The position numbers and the translations under genes were made by a program. Shown here in pieces: positions 47,125 through 59,609 of a stretch of 64,000 nucleotides of DNA. The first letter of the stretch is position 1; each line of letters begins with the position of its first letter. The notes beneath the pieces are model-generated. The model made no database searches and was not told the DNA's origin. It saw nothing but the letters and a program-made list of their open reading frames with translations. The stretch comes from Spirogloea muscicola (lineage: Eukaryota): positions 94,341 to 158,340 of the forward strand of contig WELB01000006.1 in assembly GCA_009602725.1 (NCBI GenBank), written 5' to 3'.

Positions 47125-50100
47125 TAAGGCCTGCAGACATTGTCCATTTTCTTCTGGGTTGGCTTTGCTAGCCCCTCCTTTTCTATGGACGAACCGTCGC
47201 CCTGTCAAGCAACCGCAGGTCAGCGAATCTAGGCTCCTGAAAGTGGGTCCCCTGGCCAGAGCCAGAGGCAGCAGCGATGAGAAAAGGGCTCGCCCAATGA
47301 GGATAGGGGCTGGAAAATTCAAAACAGAATGATCAAAGTACGAGAATGGGGCCAGGGAAAAGAGAGAAGTGCTCGCCCATAGACAATATTATTTTCGTGT
47401 ATTTGAAACAAACGAAGGCCAAATGGCCAAGTACAAAGGCAAGCACATCTAAAGACCTACATACTCTACAGCAAATTGACCCGCTCAGTAACCACGGGTC
47501 AAAACATAAAGATCGCTAATCGATGCCTGAATGCCAGATACGAAGCCCTTCTGCCACTAACTAGAGCTCGGCCAGCTTTCTGGTGCAAGGCATTAGCTTG
47601 AGCACGCTGCAAACAGGCCGAAACACGTCGTCGCAAGAAAGACAGATATGCAGCTGGCAAGCCCAGCTTAGCCGGAAACACATCTGCACGACGTGTGTAG
47701 CCTAGATTGCCAATGTTTTGGAGGAGGGTGTGGAAACGAGGACCCAGACAAGCAAAGACGTTGATTGCAGCTGGCAGGAGCTGATCGCATTGAGGGTAGT
47801 CGGAGTAGTGCTGCAGCTTTCTTTGTTCTGCAACGCCCACTGCGTGACCAGCGATGTGTGTTGATGCTGGTCCCTTGTACGCCTCCGTTACAACAACGTC
47901 GACCAGGGCCCGTCGTCCTCCACCAGGTTGCACGCCCACAATGTCAAGTGTGTAAAACTGTGAAAACCTGTGACAAGAGGGCTGGCAAAGCCAGCAAAAA
48001 GAATGGACAATGTCCAAAGCCAAAGAAATAGGTACCGAAAATGGACTACACTACCAAACACGACAACGCACTAGGGAAGCTCAGTACCCGCGAGTGAGCA
48101 ACATCAGGGCGGAGTAGCTCATTGCAGGGAAGGAGGCAATCCGCCGAGACCCTGGGGAAGCGCTAAGAAAACCAAGCATAAAGAGAAACAAAGGAGAAGT
48201 GGCACTCCCAATGAAAAATTCGTGTATTTGAAACAAACGAAGGCCAAATGGCCAAGTACAAAGGCAAGCACATCTAAGACCTATATAACCTACAGCAGAA
48301 TGACCCGCTCAGTAACCGCGGGTCGAAACATAAAGGTCGCTAATCGATGCCTGAATGCTAGATGTCGGATAAGAAGCCCTTCTGCCACCAACTAGAGCTC
48401 GCCCAGCTATCTGGTGCAAGGCATTAGCTTGAGCACGCTGCAAACAGGCCGAAACACGTCGTCGCAAGAAAGACAGATATGCAGCTGGCAAGCCCAACTT
48501 AGCCGGAAACACATCTGCACGACGTGTGTAGCCTAGATTGCCAATGTTTTGGAGGAGGGTGTGGAAACGCGGACCCAGACAGCCAGAAGTGTCAACTGCA
48601 GCTGGCAGGAGCTGATCGCACCGGGGGTAGTCGGAGTAGTGCTGTACCTTTCTCTGCTCTGCAATGCCCACTGCGTGGCCAGCGATGTATGTCGATGCTG
48701 GACCTTTATACGCCTCCGTAACAACCACGTCGACCAGGGCCCGTGGTCCTCCACCAGCTTGCACACCCACAAAAAGGGGGGGCCGCGGGGGGGGGGAGCC
48801 CAATGGGGGGGGCAAGGGCTGTGAAAAGCCATCCCGAAAAGAATTGACAAAGCTTCGAAGGGGCCAAAAAACGCTTAGCAGCTACGAAGGACTCAGTCAT
48901 CCCTACTAAGCAGCCTCAGGTCAGAGAAGCTGGGCTCCTGGAAGCGGGTCCCCTGGCCAGAGCCAGAGGCAGCAGCGAGGGCTCCACACGCGCAGTCCAC
49001 ACACGCACAGGCCGTGCTATGGCCGCCGCCTCTAGGTCTCGGCGGAGAAGAAAGGGCGTGCCCGTTGAGGATAGGGGCTGGAAAGCCAGCCCAAAAAAGG
49101 ATCAACAAAGGACGAGAAAGGGGCCAGGGGCAGCGCTAAACAAAGCACACAAACAAACAAAGCAGCTGCGTATCACTAAGTAACCCCGGCTAAGCAGCTT
49201 CAGGTAAGAGACGCTAGGCTCCTGAAAGTGGGTCCCCTGGCCAGAGCTAGAGGCAGCAGCGAGGGCTCTGCCGGCGCGCAGGTGCAGCACGCGGGCCATA
49301 GACCGCTGCCTGGTGGGCAGAGCGTAGCGACGCCTGGAACGGCAGCACGCCTGTGTTTACCTCCACCACCGCCTGCTCCAGCGCACGCCGGTTCTGGACC
49401 AAGAAGCGCTGGGCCACGGAGGCGGCTGTCTGGGCCCAGCTGGCGAGATATGCCGCCCTGCAGGAGCGGACGAGCGGGCGCAAGCCGGGACCACCGAAGC
49501 TGGGGATAGCGTCGCCTGGTGAAGAGCGGCCGGCGACTGGATGAAGCCCTGGTGGCGGACCAAGGCCGCCAGGCTCGCCACCATGCCGGCGTCGAAACCC
49601 GCATACGCTGCCAGCGCCCCTGGGGACGGCGGGGTGGCCCGCACCAAGTACTGGGGTCGCTGCGCAATGGCTTTGGTCAGCATTGCCAACGACAGTTGCA
49701 TGTCGTGCAGCTCGCGGAGTGCCTCTTTCCTTCTTCTCTTCTTTCTATGCAGCGAGCTACTCAGACCCGATGGTGCTCACTCGCGGGTACTGACCTTCGA
49801 GAGAAGGGCTCGCCCATTGAGGAGAGGGGCTGGACAAGCCAGCCCTAAAAAGAATGAACAAATTACGAGTAGGGTGCCAGGGGAAGCGCTAAGGAAAGCA
49901 AGCACAAAACGAAGCATAGCTGCTACGAATCACTCAGTAACCCCTGCTAAGCAGCCGCAGATCAGAGAGGCTAGGCGCCTGCATCGTCTCGTGTTTTGCA
50001 GTGTTTTGTAGTGTAGTCCTTTTGCGGCACCTCTTTCGTTGGCTTTGGACATTGTCCATTTTTTTTGGGCTGGCTTTGCCAGCCCCTCTTCTCTATGGGC

Positions 50101-50530
50101 GAGCTCTTTCCGCCACGCCATCGCCCGTCGCTTCCATGGGGAGCCGGTGGACTTCCCTGCAGCTGGGTCGCTAGCGCAAGTCTAATGTATACGCCTGGCC
50201 ATCTCGCTGCAGCAGTCTATGGCCCGCGCGCTACACCTTTGTGCCGGCCGCGCACTCGTGCTGCCTCTGGCTCTGGGCAGGGGACCCCCTTCCAGGCGCC
50301 TAGCCTCTCTGATCTGCGGCTGCTTAGCAGGGGTTACAAAGTGATTCGTAGCAGCTATGCTTCGTTTTGTGCTTGCTTTCCAGGACGCCCTCTGGCTCCT
50401 CACGCGTAACTACTGAGTGATCCATCCTCCCCCTGTGCTGACATGACATCTTCAGGCCCCTCTGTAGCTGCTAAACGCTTGTCGGCCCCTCCGAACCCTT
50501 GTCAATTCTTTTTGGGCTCGCTTATCACAG
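47125..50530. mobile_element. Dense array of 5'-truncated CRE-like 3' ends, including two copies of divergent subfamily D
   Basis: D copies at ~47393-47940 and ~48219-48770 (-, RALVDVVV..LYVSTRGY*). Further A-type ends near 47140, 47285, 47975, 48800, 49050, 49805, 50053 and 50500. Confidence 0.85.
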
Positions 50531-50532
50531 CT

Positions 50533-51925
50533 AGGCGGTCTGGGCTGCCGCCCAGTCGCCCGCGCCTGCGAGGCCGCCTACCTGGGCTGCTGGGCACAGG
50601 TTGCCGCGCCCATCAGCCAGCGCTTCCAAGCTCACGGCATCCGCACCGTGGAGCGGGTGGTGGCTGAGGTGGAGAGCGGCTCGCTGCCCTTCCAGGAGGC
50701 CCTCCGCGCTGCCCGCGACGGGCTCCTGGCGGCCCACCCCGACATGTCGCAGCAGGTTGTTCCGTTCATCCACCTGGCGCACACCCCCGACCCGCGGGCC
50801 CAGGCCCGCTGCAATGCGCTCGTGGACAAAGCGGCCTACGACCAGGTGGCGGAGCTCCTTCCGCCGCAAGACAGTCGCGGGCGCGCCAGGCTGCTCTCAG
50901 CCTCCACCCCCGGGGCGGCGGCGTGGGTATCCGCGCTCCCCATCTACGCGGCCCTCACAATGCCCGATGCAGTCTACAGGACGGCGGTGCACCAGCTTCT
51001 TGGCCTCCTCCCCCCCTGCCTCGTCGGTGTCACGCAATGCGAGTGCGGTGCCCGCCACGCTGACCCTGCGACGCTGGCGGCCCACATGCTCCGTTGTGCC
51101 CACGGCGGCGAGCGGACCGGATCCCATGACCTGCTCAGGGACGGCATGCAAGGCGTCTTCCTCGAGGCGGGTTACAAGGTGGCTGTGGAGCACTCGTCAA
51201 TAATGCCCATCCTGCGCGACGACGACGGCCGGATCCACACCCGGCGCGCTGACCTCGTCGCCATCCCGCCCGGTGGCGGTCCGCGATTCATCGCGGATGT
51301 GGTGACCGCCGACTGTGTCGACTCCGCAAACGCCTTCAAGTCGGCGACGACCGCTGGGCATGCGGTCGCTGTGGCGGCCCGCGGCAAAGAACGGAAATAT
51401 GCAGATCACCCGCCTGCCGACGAATTCGCAGCCCTGGCCATCGATGTCCACGGGGCCTATGGCCGTGGCTGGCTGGACCTCCTCCAGCGGCTTGCCCGGC
51501 AGGCCATCGAGCGGCGGCCGGGTCTGCCAGGGGGGCTGCCCGGCTTCAACGCGGCCGGCTCCCTGGCCCAGGTCTTCCGGATGCGGCTCTCCGTGTCCCT
51601 CGCCTCCAACGCTCCCTCGCCTATGCCGTCCACTCGCGTGCGGGCCGCGCTATCTCTGCAGAGAATGTGCTCGCGAAGAGTGGAGCCGAGTCTTCTGAAG
51701 AGTGGCTGGCAAAGCCAGCGGAGTGCCTCCTTCCCTGCATCGAGCTACTCTGACCTGATGTTGCTCACTCGCTGCGCTATCGCGGCTGCTTCAAGAAGAA
51801 GAGAGAAGAGTGGCTGGCACTCGCTGCTAATCGCTGCAGGCTCCTCCAAACCTTTGTCCAATTCTTTTTGGGCTGGCTTTTCGCAGCCCTTGCCCCCATT
51901 GGGCGTGCCACTCGTTACTCTTTCT
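50533..51925 (+). mobile_element. 5'-truncated CRE-like copy directly upstream of MIC60
   Basis: First ~320 aa of ORF 50648 (QCECG, RRADLV, KERKY, AALAIDVHGAYG). 3' hairpin at 51855-51925. Confidence 0.88.
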
Positions 51926-52043
51926 TCCTGCGGGCACGCAGGTGCAGCGCGCGGGCCATACAGTAGACCGCTGGTGCAAGGGCCGCTTTCCCGGCGCCAA
52001 AGCCAAGCCGTGGCACAGGCTGCCCGCGGGCCCACGGCTGGCC

Positions 52044-55000
52044 ATGCCGCCGCCGGCGGCGGGCGCGGCGCTGCGCCGCCTGNNNNNNNNNNNNNNNNNN
52101 NNNNNNNNNNNNNNNNNNNNNNNNNNNNNNNNNNNNNNNNNNNNNNNTCCGCCGCCCTGCTCGCGGCCGCCGCCGCCGCCGCCGCCGGCGGCCTGTACTA
52201 CAGCCTGCAGCAGCAGCGGCAGCAGCAGCAGCACGGCGAGGGCGGGCCGGGCCCCAGCTCCCCCAGCGGAGCTGGCCAAGCGGGCGGCGCCGGGCCTCAG
52301 GCGAACAGGCAGGAGGAGGCTGGCGCCGGCTCCGAGCCGGCGGGCGTCATCGGCGCTGCTCGCGAGGAGCTGCGCAAGGTCGGCGGCGTGATCAAGGGAG
52401 CCGTGGAGTCGGCGCTGGAGGCCGACACCGCCGCCGAGAGGCAGCACGTGCTCGAAGCCCAAGCTCGCGCGACGGCGGACAGCCACGCCAAGCACGGCGA
52501 AGACCACGAGGTGGAGCCGAAGCAGGGCAAAGCCGATGAGGCCGGGTCCAGGAACTATGGCCCAGCCGATGACGAGTTTGTGATCGTCGCCGTGGAGGCA
52601 GAGGACGCGACCGAGGGCCAAGGGGGCTCCTCGCACGCCGAGGAGCAGCAGGAGCCGAAGCCGGACGCCGCTGCGCCAGAGGACTATGTGATCGTGACAG
52701 TGGAGGAGGTTGGAGGCGCGGCTGGACCACACGAGGCAACAGAGGCCTCCACAGCTCAAGAACGGGAGTTGGCGGACACGCAGCCGCAAGGGGTCGTGAA
52801 AGGCCTTGAGAATGCTGCAAGCGCCTTGGCAGTGGCCGTGCGAGAGGTTATACAGGGCCCAGCAGACGCCGGCACCAAGCAAAAGCACGAGGTCGGTCGT
52901 TCGGCTGACCAGCTGCTCTGCAGTACACACCAGTGGCAATGTGGGCAGTGTCATCCCACCCTCCTCTTGGCAGCTTGCGCACAAACAGGCAGCCTGATGA
53001 CAGATTCATTAAATACTGACTGGCAAATGTAGGTCATACGAGGAAGTTGGTCGATGGTGAAACTGGGAGCGATCTAGACGGCACAGCTTTGTGGCACTGA
53101 AGGTCCTAAATGGTTGCTAGTGAATCAGTGTGTCAAGCGCTGCCAGACATAACCCCCCCGCTTGTCTGACGAGCTGATGCTGCTGTTGCGCTACCAGCCA
53201 GAGAGGGAGCTAGAAGGTGCGGCAAGCACCACCATCAACAATACAAAGGAGGATGCTGGGGACCTCTCGCCGTCAAGCCTAGTCCAGATGGCTCATGAGG
53301 AGGCCACCGGCAAGGCGCACCAGGCCAAGCAGAGGAGGGAGGAAGTGGAGCTGAGGCAAAGCGAGGAAGGCATTCAGGAGGCTGGAGACGAATCCCCTGC
53401 CCCTGAGGCAGAGGGACGGCCATCAATGTTGGCAGACCAGGCGTCAGATACAGATGACGCGGCACAGGCAGAGGATCCAGGCGCAAAAGACGTGGCAGAA
53501 GATGGGATGAATGATGTCGTTGGCCAGGTGGTGTACGAGGCTGTTCACGAATCCATGCAAAGGCAGGCTGAGGTGGACGCAGGAGCATTTGCGGAGCGGT
53601 TGGAATCTGAGCAAGAAGCCTACAGGCAGAAGCTCAATGATGCACGGGCTGAGGCACTGCGGCATGCACAGCTGGCGTACAATCTGGAGAAGGTTAGCAG
53701 CATTGGCAAATTTTTGCTTCCGTCAGTTGAGCTTCTGGAATGGGTGTCCTGAAGTCACTAATCATGCGTGCAGGAAATAGAGAGTCAACATGCTAGGCAC
53801 CAATCTGAAATAAGACGGCTGCATGCTCAAGCTGAGGAGCGTCATCTGCAAGAAAAGAGCGAACAGGTGTGCATCTCATCAGGCCTTAAGACTGTGGAGG
53901 TTGCCAATCGCACAGCGCATGTTGCTATGTCATTCACTGCTGACCTGAAACCTCTGATCTCACAGCCTCTACCCCCTTATCCTTTTGGCTGAATCCAGTG
54001 GCAGCTTAAATCTTCGTATAAAATGCTGTGCAAAGGTTACTTAGGCGTGTGCAAGCTATGCACTTGATCGTAGTCCACTGGGGGCGTGATCTGGCATGCT
54101 ATGGGCAGGAGGGAGAGCAAGCTCGTGCTGTTGAGGAGGCAAAGCTCAAGGCATTGGCAGACAAGGCTGCGGCGCTTGCAACTGATCGATCCAATCATCT
54201 GCTAGCGTTGCGGGATGCATTGCAAGAGGCAAGAGCTGCTCTGCTGTCAGCTTTGCTCTTGGCATGCAGTGAGGGGGGTGCAAGTATTGATCGCTCTTGA
54301 AGTTGTTGTTAGGTAATCATGCAATACTGATTCAAGGTATTGGGTTGGCACGAAGGTTGAGGTATTGCAAGAGGCCTTCAACGCGAGATCGGAGGAAGCA
54401 AAACTTAGTTACACTGCTCACAAGCTGGCCCTGGCCACATTTGGCCTGGAGGATGCTCTTCAACGTGGCGTGGCTCTTGAAGGCAACAGGAGACTCTTGC
54501 AGGTGCTCCTTGGAGCCTAGCTGCTATGCTCTCCCACCAGATTTTCTGGCTTAGCTTTGGAGTGTCACTGCTATCATACAAGGCTTCTTGTACTGCAGAT
54601 ACAACAAGCTGCAGCATTTACTTCACGGGCAGCTAAGCACCTCCAATCCAAGACAAGTCTCTTACGCATGTGGCTGCCTTGTTGTCTACTTATGGCTAAG
54701 AAAGGTTTGGGTGCAGATTGCTGGAGGGGGCTTTGAGCAGGATCCTGTGGTCGAAGTGGCAGCAGCCTCACTGCCAAGGGAGGCGCCTACTCGCGCTCAC
54801 CTAGGGGCGGAACTGGAAAAAATGCGAAGGACTGTCCAGCAACTGGCGATGGTGCCAGAAGGGGGGGGTGGTGTACTTGCTCATGCCTTGGCTTCTGCAG
54901 CAGCCAGGCTGAAGGTGTTGCTTTGTCAGCTTAAGTGGCCTCTTGAGACATTCTCACTCTCATGATGTCGTTAGTCGCCAGGTCCTTCACGCAAAGGGCT

Positions 55001-55273
55001 GAGTTGAAATGCTGAGCTGCCCAACAGGTGGATGAGCGGGACTCTGACGTGGCTGGAGGAGGAGCAGAGGCAGCGCTGGCGCGCACCGAGCACTTGCTAG
55101 CGCAGGGCAAGCTGGCAGAAGCAGCACAGGAGCTGGAAGACGCCGTTAAAGGAACACGGGCCGCACATACAGTGGCATCGTGGAGCCGCAGCATGAGGGA
55201 TAGGGCTCAGGCTGAGCAGGCTGTGAATCTTTTGCATGCCCACGTAGCTTCCATGGCTGCTAAGCTCAGCTAG
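52044..55273 (+). CDS. MIC60: MICOS subunit Mic60 / mitofilin (spliced)
   Basis: Putative start MPPPAAGAALRRL at 52044, then an N gap and a TM-like AALLAAAAAAAAGGLYY. Exons ..-52891, 53198-53692, 53774-53866, 54109-54228, 54356-54502, 54717-54914, 55028-55273, all phase 0. Motifs AFNARSEEAK..HKLALATFGLEDAL, DPVVEVAAASLP, GGGVLAH, LARTEHLLAQGKLAEAAQELE..W..RAQAEQA match plant mitofilin. Confidence 0.9.
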
Positions 55274-55856
55274 GCATAGGTTACCTGAAATTGCCTCAAA
55301 TGCTTTGCTCGGCTTCTGTACTATGCTGGGCAGCGAGTCTCACTAAAGAGTGACTACCATTTCTGGCGGACTCCCTTTTGCAGCCTACTGCTTGCTAGAC
55401 ATTGGCTAACTCTGCCTCGTGGTTGCGCTTCGGGTGAGTTGTCAGAGTATGGCCTCAAGGACTGCAGCAGCAACTTTCTTTGATAAGCAAAAGCACCAGT
55501 CCTGCAAGCAGGCCATGCTTGAGCTTGAGAAAATTTTGACAATTGCACTTGTACTGCAATTGCACTTGCTCCTCAGGGCGTACAGCTTATATTGATGCCA
55601 CCATCTCCTGCCCTTTTGAATGTATCCGAAAGAGGCTTTGCCGCAGCAAGGCCCTGCCAGCTGAGAGTATCTGAGGAGATTGCTGCCTAAATCTGACATG
55701 CATATCGCATCTGTAGCTTTTAATGCACATCAATGTAGTAGATATTGTCCACTGAAGTCGCAGTTAATGTGCCAGGAGGCAGCTTAATGATTGAACTCGG
55801 TGGAGCTCAGGTGAAGCAGTTTTTTGGCTGAAGGTTCCATTCAAAATCCCACGAGG

Positions 55857-57545
55857 TCATAGCTCATCATTGGATGCTCCCTCCAGCTCCCGAGGATCAG
55901 GGGAGTTCGACGTTATCAATTTCTTGCTCTTGCTGTCACAAAAAAGCACACTATCAGGCATGCAGTGGAGCTGTGTGCTCGTTGTACCTTGATGCACCAG
56001 GTATGCAGAACCGCGTGGGACACTCTCAGTGACGCACCTTCGAACTGGTGGATCAGGCTTGTTGCAGAGGTCCGTCATCATGGTGCAAAGCTCCTCCTCC
56101 ACATCTGTCTTCTCCAGGTGGCCACTCTTGATGGCCTCTGTAAGCTGTGCCAAACGAACGACATGGCACCTCATGTGCATTCCAGTAGCCTTACTAATGC
56201 CAAGACGGCAGAAGAGCAGGATGAAAGCAAGACCAGCCTACTGGCCACGGAAAGAACTGCAAAAGCGTGAGCCGCCAAGTGAGGTCCACCACAGGCATCT
56301 AAATTCACATATCTCTTGAGTAAGAAGCTCTGTGAGAGGGGTTGACAAGGCAAGCAAGGAGTGCAGTGGAGGCCAATGCTGCCTTACATCAGACTCGATT
56401 TCTTCCAGTAATCTGGGTACACCACATTCAACAAAAGGAGTAGCTCACATCAGCAATGACGAGCGCCGATGCTCACAGAAGGACCATGAAATACAAGGCG
56501 CAGCAGGAGGGTTCCCGAGGTTTGGACAAGGTCTTGCCATTGGTCTAGGCTTGTAGCACAACAAGCGAGGGAATGGTGCGCACTTGTCACACCACTTCTC
56601 CAGCTCCTTGCCTTGCACTTCCCTTACGGCCTTGGCTGGCCCCCCGCCCAGCCAGACCAGCACCTTGCCACTCTCAGTAACAGCAGCAAGGAAACAAGCC
56701 TGCTAGAGCCTGTGCAGGTGGCTCCCTTGCTGCTGGGCTGTGTCATGAGGTCACCCCGAGCTTACCTTTGTCAGGGAAGACTTCCTCCGGCACGACCAGA
56801 TTTGACCATTCTCGCGGTCTGCCTTCTCCCATCTGGACCACCGCGTGGCCAAGCCTGTCAGCAGTCGAGCAGCGCCGCGTGCCTGCACCTGCAGCTGGTG
56901 CAGTAGCAGTGAGAGAGGCTGTGGAAGTACGTCGCGGAGGTAGTGGCCCCTCAAGCGCTTGCAGAGGCCCTCCATCAGCTCCACAGCCCGGAGCTCGCTC
57001 CTCCTGCCACTCCCAGCAGCCCAGACTGGAGAGTCATGACGCCAGGGCATCAGCCACGCTCTGGGCTTGCGCACAGCGACTGATCGAGATCATGCCAGCC
57101 GCCTTCTTCACCCTCCGAGCAATGCCAGCTTGGAGGGACGGAGGACGGCAGGCTGGACAGCGAGTGGCAGAGGCACTGCTGGCTCTCATGCTGAGAATGT
57201 GGGGTGCAGCCAGGGCCGGACATGCCAGAGTGGCGTGCGAGGCAGGGCCCTCCGGCTACGGCAGCTGCCGGAGGCACGGCGGCGTGGGCAGGAGAGCCTC
57301 ACTTGTAGCTGATGACCTTGCCCTCGCGCTTGCCCTCGGAGTTGAGCCGGTGCCGCATGTCCAGATCGTTGCGCGGCTTCTCCTGGCGGCGCCGCGCAAG
57401 CCAGAGGGGCGCGTCGGCAGGGCCGCCTCCGCGGGGAAGCCTCGCGCATTGCGGGCTGGCCGGAGGGCGGCGGCAGCCGCTGGCGCAGGGGCGGGCGGGT
57501 GCAGCCGGGCGACCGGGCCANNNNNNNNNNNGCGGCGGGCGCCAT
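55857..57545 (-). CDS. Canopy/Seele-like saposin-fold ER protein (DUF3456), spliced
   Basis: Phase-consistent GT-AG exons 57382-57303 (EKPRNDLDMRHRLNSEGKREGKVISY), 57003-56931 (RSELRAVELMEGLC), 56832-56766, 56635-56584, 56412-56388, 56144-56038, 55932-55857, ending NDEL* (ER-retention-like). Putative ATG at 57545 in GCCGCCATGG context; the first exon is obscured by Ns. Confidence 0.9.
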
Positions 57546-58105
57546 GGCGGCGGCGGGCCGGCGGGCGCGCCGAGGCGGGCACCCCGCGGGCCGTCCAGCC
57601 GGCTGGGACTGGGCCACCTGAAGCCACCTGCTCGTCTGTGCCTCCTCCTGGCCGGCCTTGCCGCGACGGCTGGTTGTGTGTCAGTATGCCCAGTACTTAC
57701 AAGCTGGCAAACACATTGCAGGTATGAGTTGCAGAGCTGCAAGTTGCTCGTTGCCTCCCTGATCTGGGTATGTCAAGGAGATGCTTTGGGCCTGCCTATG
57801 TCTTAGTGTTGCTTACCAGAAGTACTGAAGGCAGGCTTGTCTGCTCCTTGCTGCTCCAATCCTCAGTTGTGAAGACGCAGTTGAAGTCGTACAGGTGCAG
57901 CACACGGTATCGTTTTGCAGTCCCTCTCAAGTTTGTCATTGTCATCCTGTGCACGTCATAACTAGGACTGGTGAGCGCTTTGGTTCACTGTTTGATAAGG
58001 CCAGTTTTAAAGAGGGCCAGGACTTGACTTTCCAGCGGGTTGCACAATAATTTTCTGAAAGACGTCTGTCTCTCTGCTTTCACAGGTTGCTATTTCTTAT
58101 CAGGT

Positions 58106-58330
58106 CAGGTCGACAAGCCCCCATCGGCACTTCCGGCCCTCCTTCCCCCTGCCACTGCTGCTGCCCAACTCCTCTTGCAGCTCCAGAACCGCACGCAGGA
58201 CAGGTCGACAAGGCCCCCATCAGCGCTGCCGGCCCTCCTCACCCCTGCCATCCCTCCTGCCACTGTAGCTGCCTCACTCCTCTGGAAGCTCCAGAAGTGG
58301 ACGTAGGATGGGTCGACAAGGCCCCCATGT
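58106..58330 (+). repeat. Diverged tandem repeat, ~95-110 bp unit, ~2.2 copies
   Basis: GGTCGACAAG(G)CCCCCAT occurs at ~58108, 58203 and 58311. Confidence 0.75.
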
Positions 58331-59609
58331 CTTTGCAATAAACTTTGAACAATGTGTTGGCATGAGTTGATCATGCTTTCACATCATGCGCACCGCGCGC
58401 CTTCTCCCTCTCTGTTCTATCACTTGAATTCAGAGGCAATGGACAAGCTCACTGAGCCTATGCCAATGGGCGCTTGCTCCCAGGCAAGCATCGCAGTCGC
58501 CTGTAAGCGGCTTCTGCGTGAAGCTATCTGGGAGCGGTGGTGCGAAGGCAACCACACTGCCGTCTTTGTCTATTTGTGCCGTGCTGAAGGCTATTAGAGT
58601 GCAGTATTTTGGCACTCACTTGTCACCACATAAGTTCTGACACCACGCTTAGCTAAGACCAGCGAAGTTGTTCTTGCCGCCATCTTGCTGTTGTCCATGA
58701 CATTGCGGCTCAAAGCACTTAAAAGTCATGCTGGCAATAATGTTGCAATCATATCGCAATGAATGGTAGAGCAGTTGTTAGGCTGGAGATATGGTTGCCA
58801 GTCTCGGAGCTTGTTGCTTTGATCAGATTAGAAGACATGCATATATATCAGACAGGGTCATGTCAGCAGCACGCATCCATCTGGTAACCCTGTCGTTCTG
58901 TGCCAAGACGTGCTGGCTTGGCATTGCAAGTGCGGACCATGTCGGTGCACCCGTCACGCACCAGGCCCATTAATTCAATATCGGATATTTCTGGTAGCCG
59001 CGGCTGTTGGAGTTAGCTCTTCTCTGCTTACTGTCAAAGACAGCTTATCAACCTCGCAAGGCACGCCCCTCCCGTCTTGGTCCGTAAAGGATCTGTCGGA
59101 ATAGCTCCTCTCAGCTAGTCGGGATAGCTCCTCTCAGAGGTGAAAGAGCAGCCTATCCTAAAACTCGCAAGTCACGCCCCTCATGGACTGGGCCTTGGAG
59201 CAACCCTTAGTGGGGTCTGGCTCTGGGAGCACTACAAGAAGTGGGCCTAGATCTGACATAGGAATCCGAGAGAGTGACAAGTAGAGCAGGGCGACCCGGC
59301 TGCTGCCTGATGCTGCTGGCGGCTGAAGTGGCTTGTTGCCGGCTCGCTGAGGAGTCCGTGACGGATTTCCGATTTTGTGGCTGGTGTACAGGACGTGGAG
59401 CTGCCGCCTTGTGGTGGCACCTAAGGCAAGACTTCTGCTGCGCTGTGTGCCCTATCACTTCTCTGTGGGAGGTTGGCTCTCCCTATCACCGGACTCCACA
59501 AGGACGTCAAGACCACCTGATTGTATGAGAAAGGGCAAGTCGTTTCGGTGAAATTGCACAGAATCTCTTGCTTTCGCAAAGATGGGACGTTGAGCTAGAT
59601 GAGACGTCG

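Noticed and set aside
47061..50530. Recurring hairpin motifs as a CRISPR-like array or intrinsic terminators
   Set aside because: Spacing is irregular, both strands are used, the context is eukaryotic, and the motifs belong to retroelement 3' UTRs.
50648..53032. 794-aa ORF suggesting an endonuclease-Mic60 fusion protein
   Set aside because: The frame crosses a degenerate element end, its 3' UTR and an N gap of uncertain size, so the read-through is fortuitous.
56768..57727. 319-aa plus-strand ORF
   Set aside because: It is antisense to the Canopy-like gene and spans an N gap.
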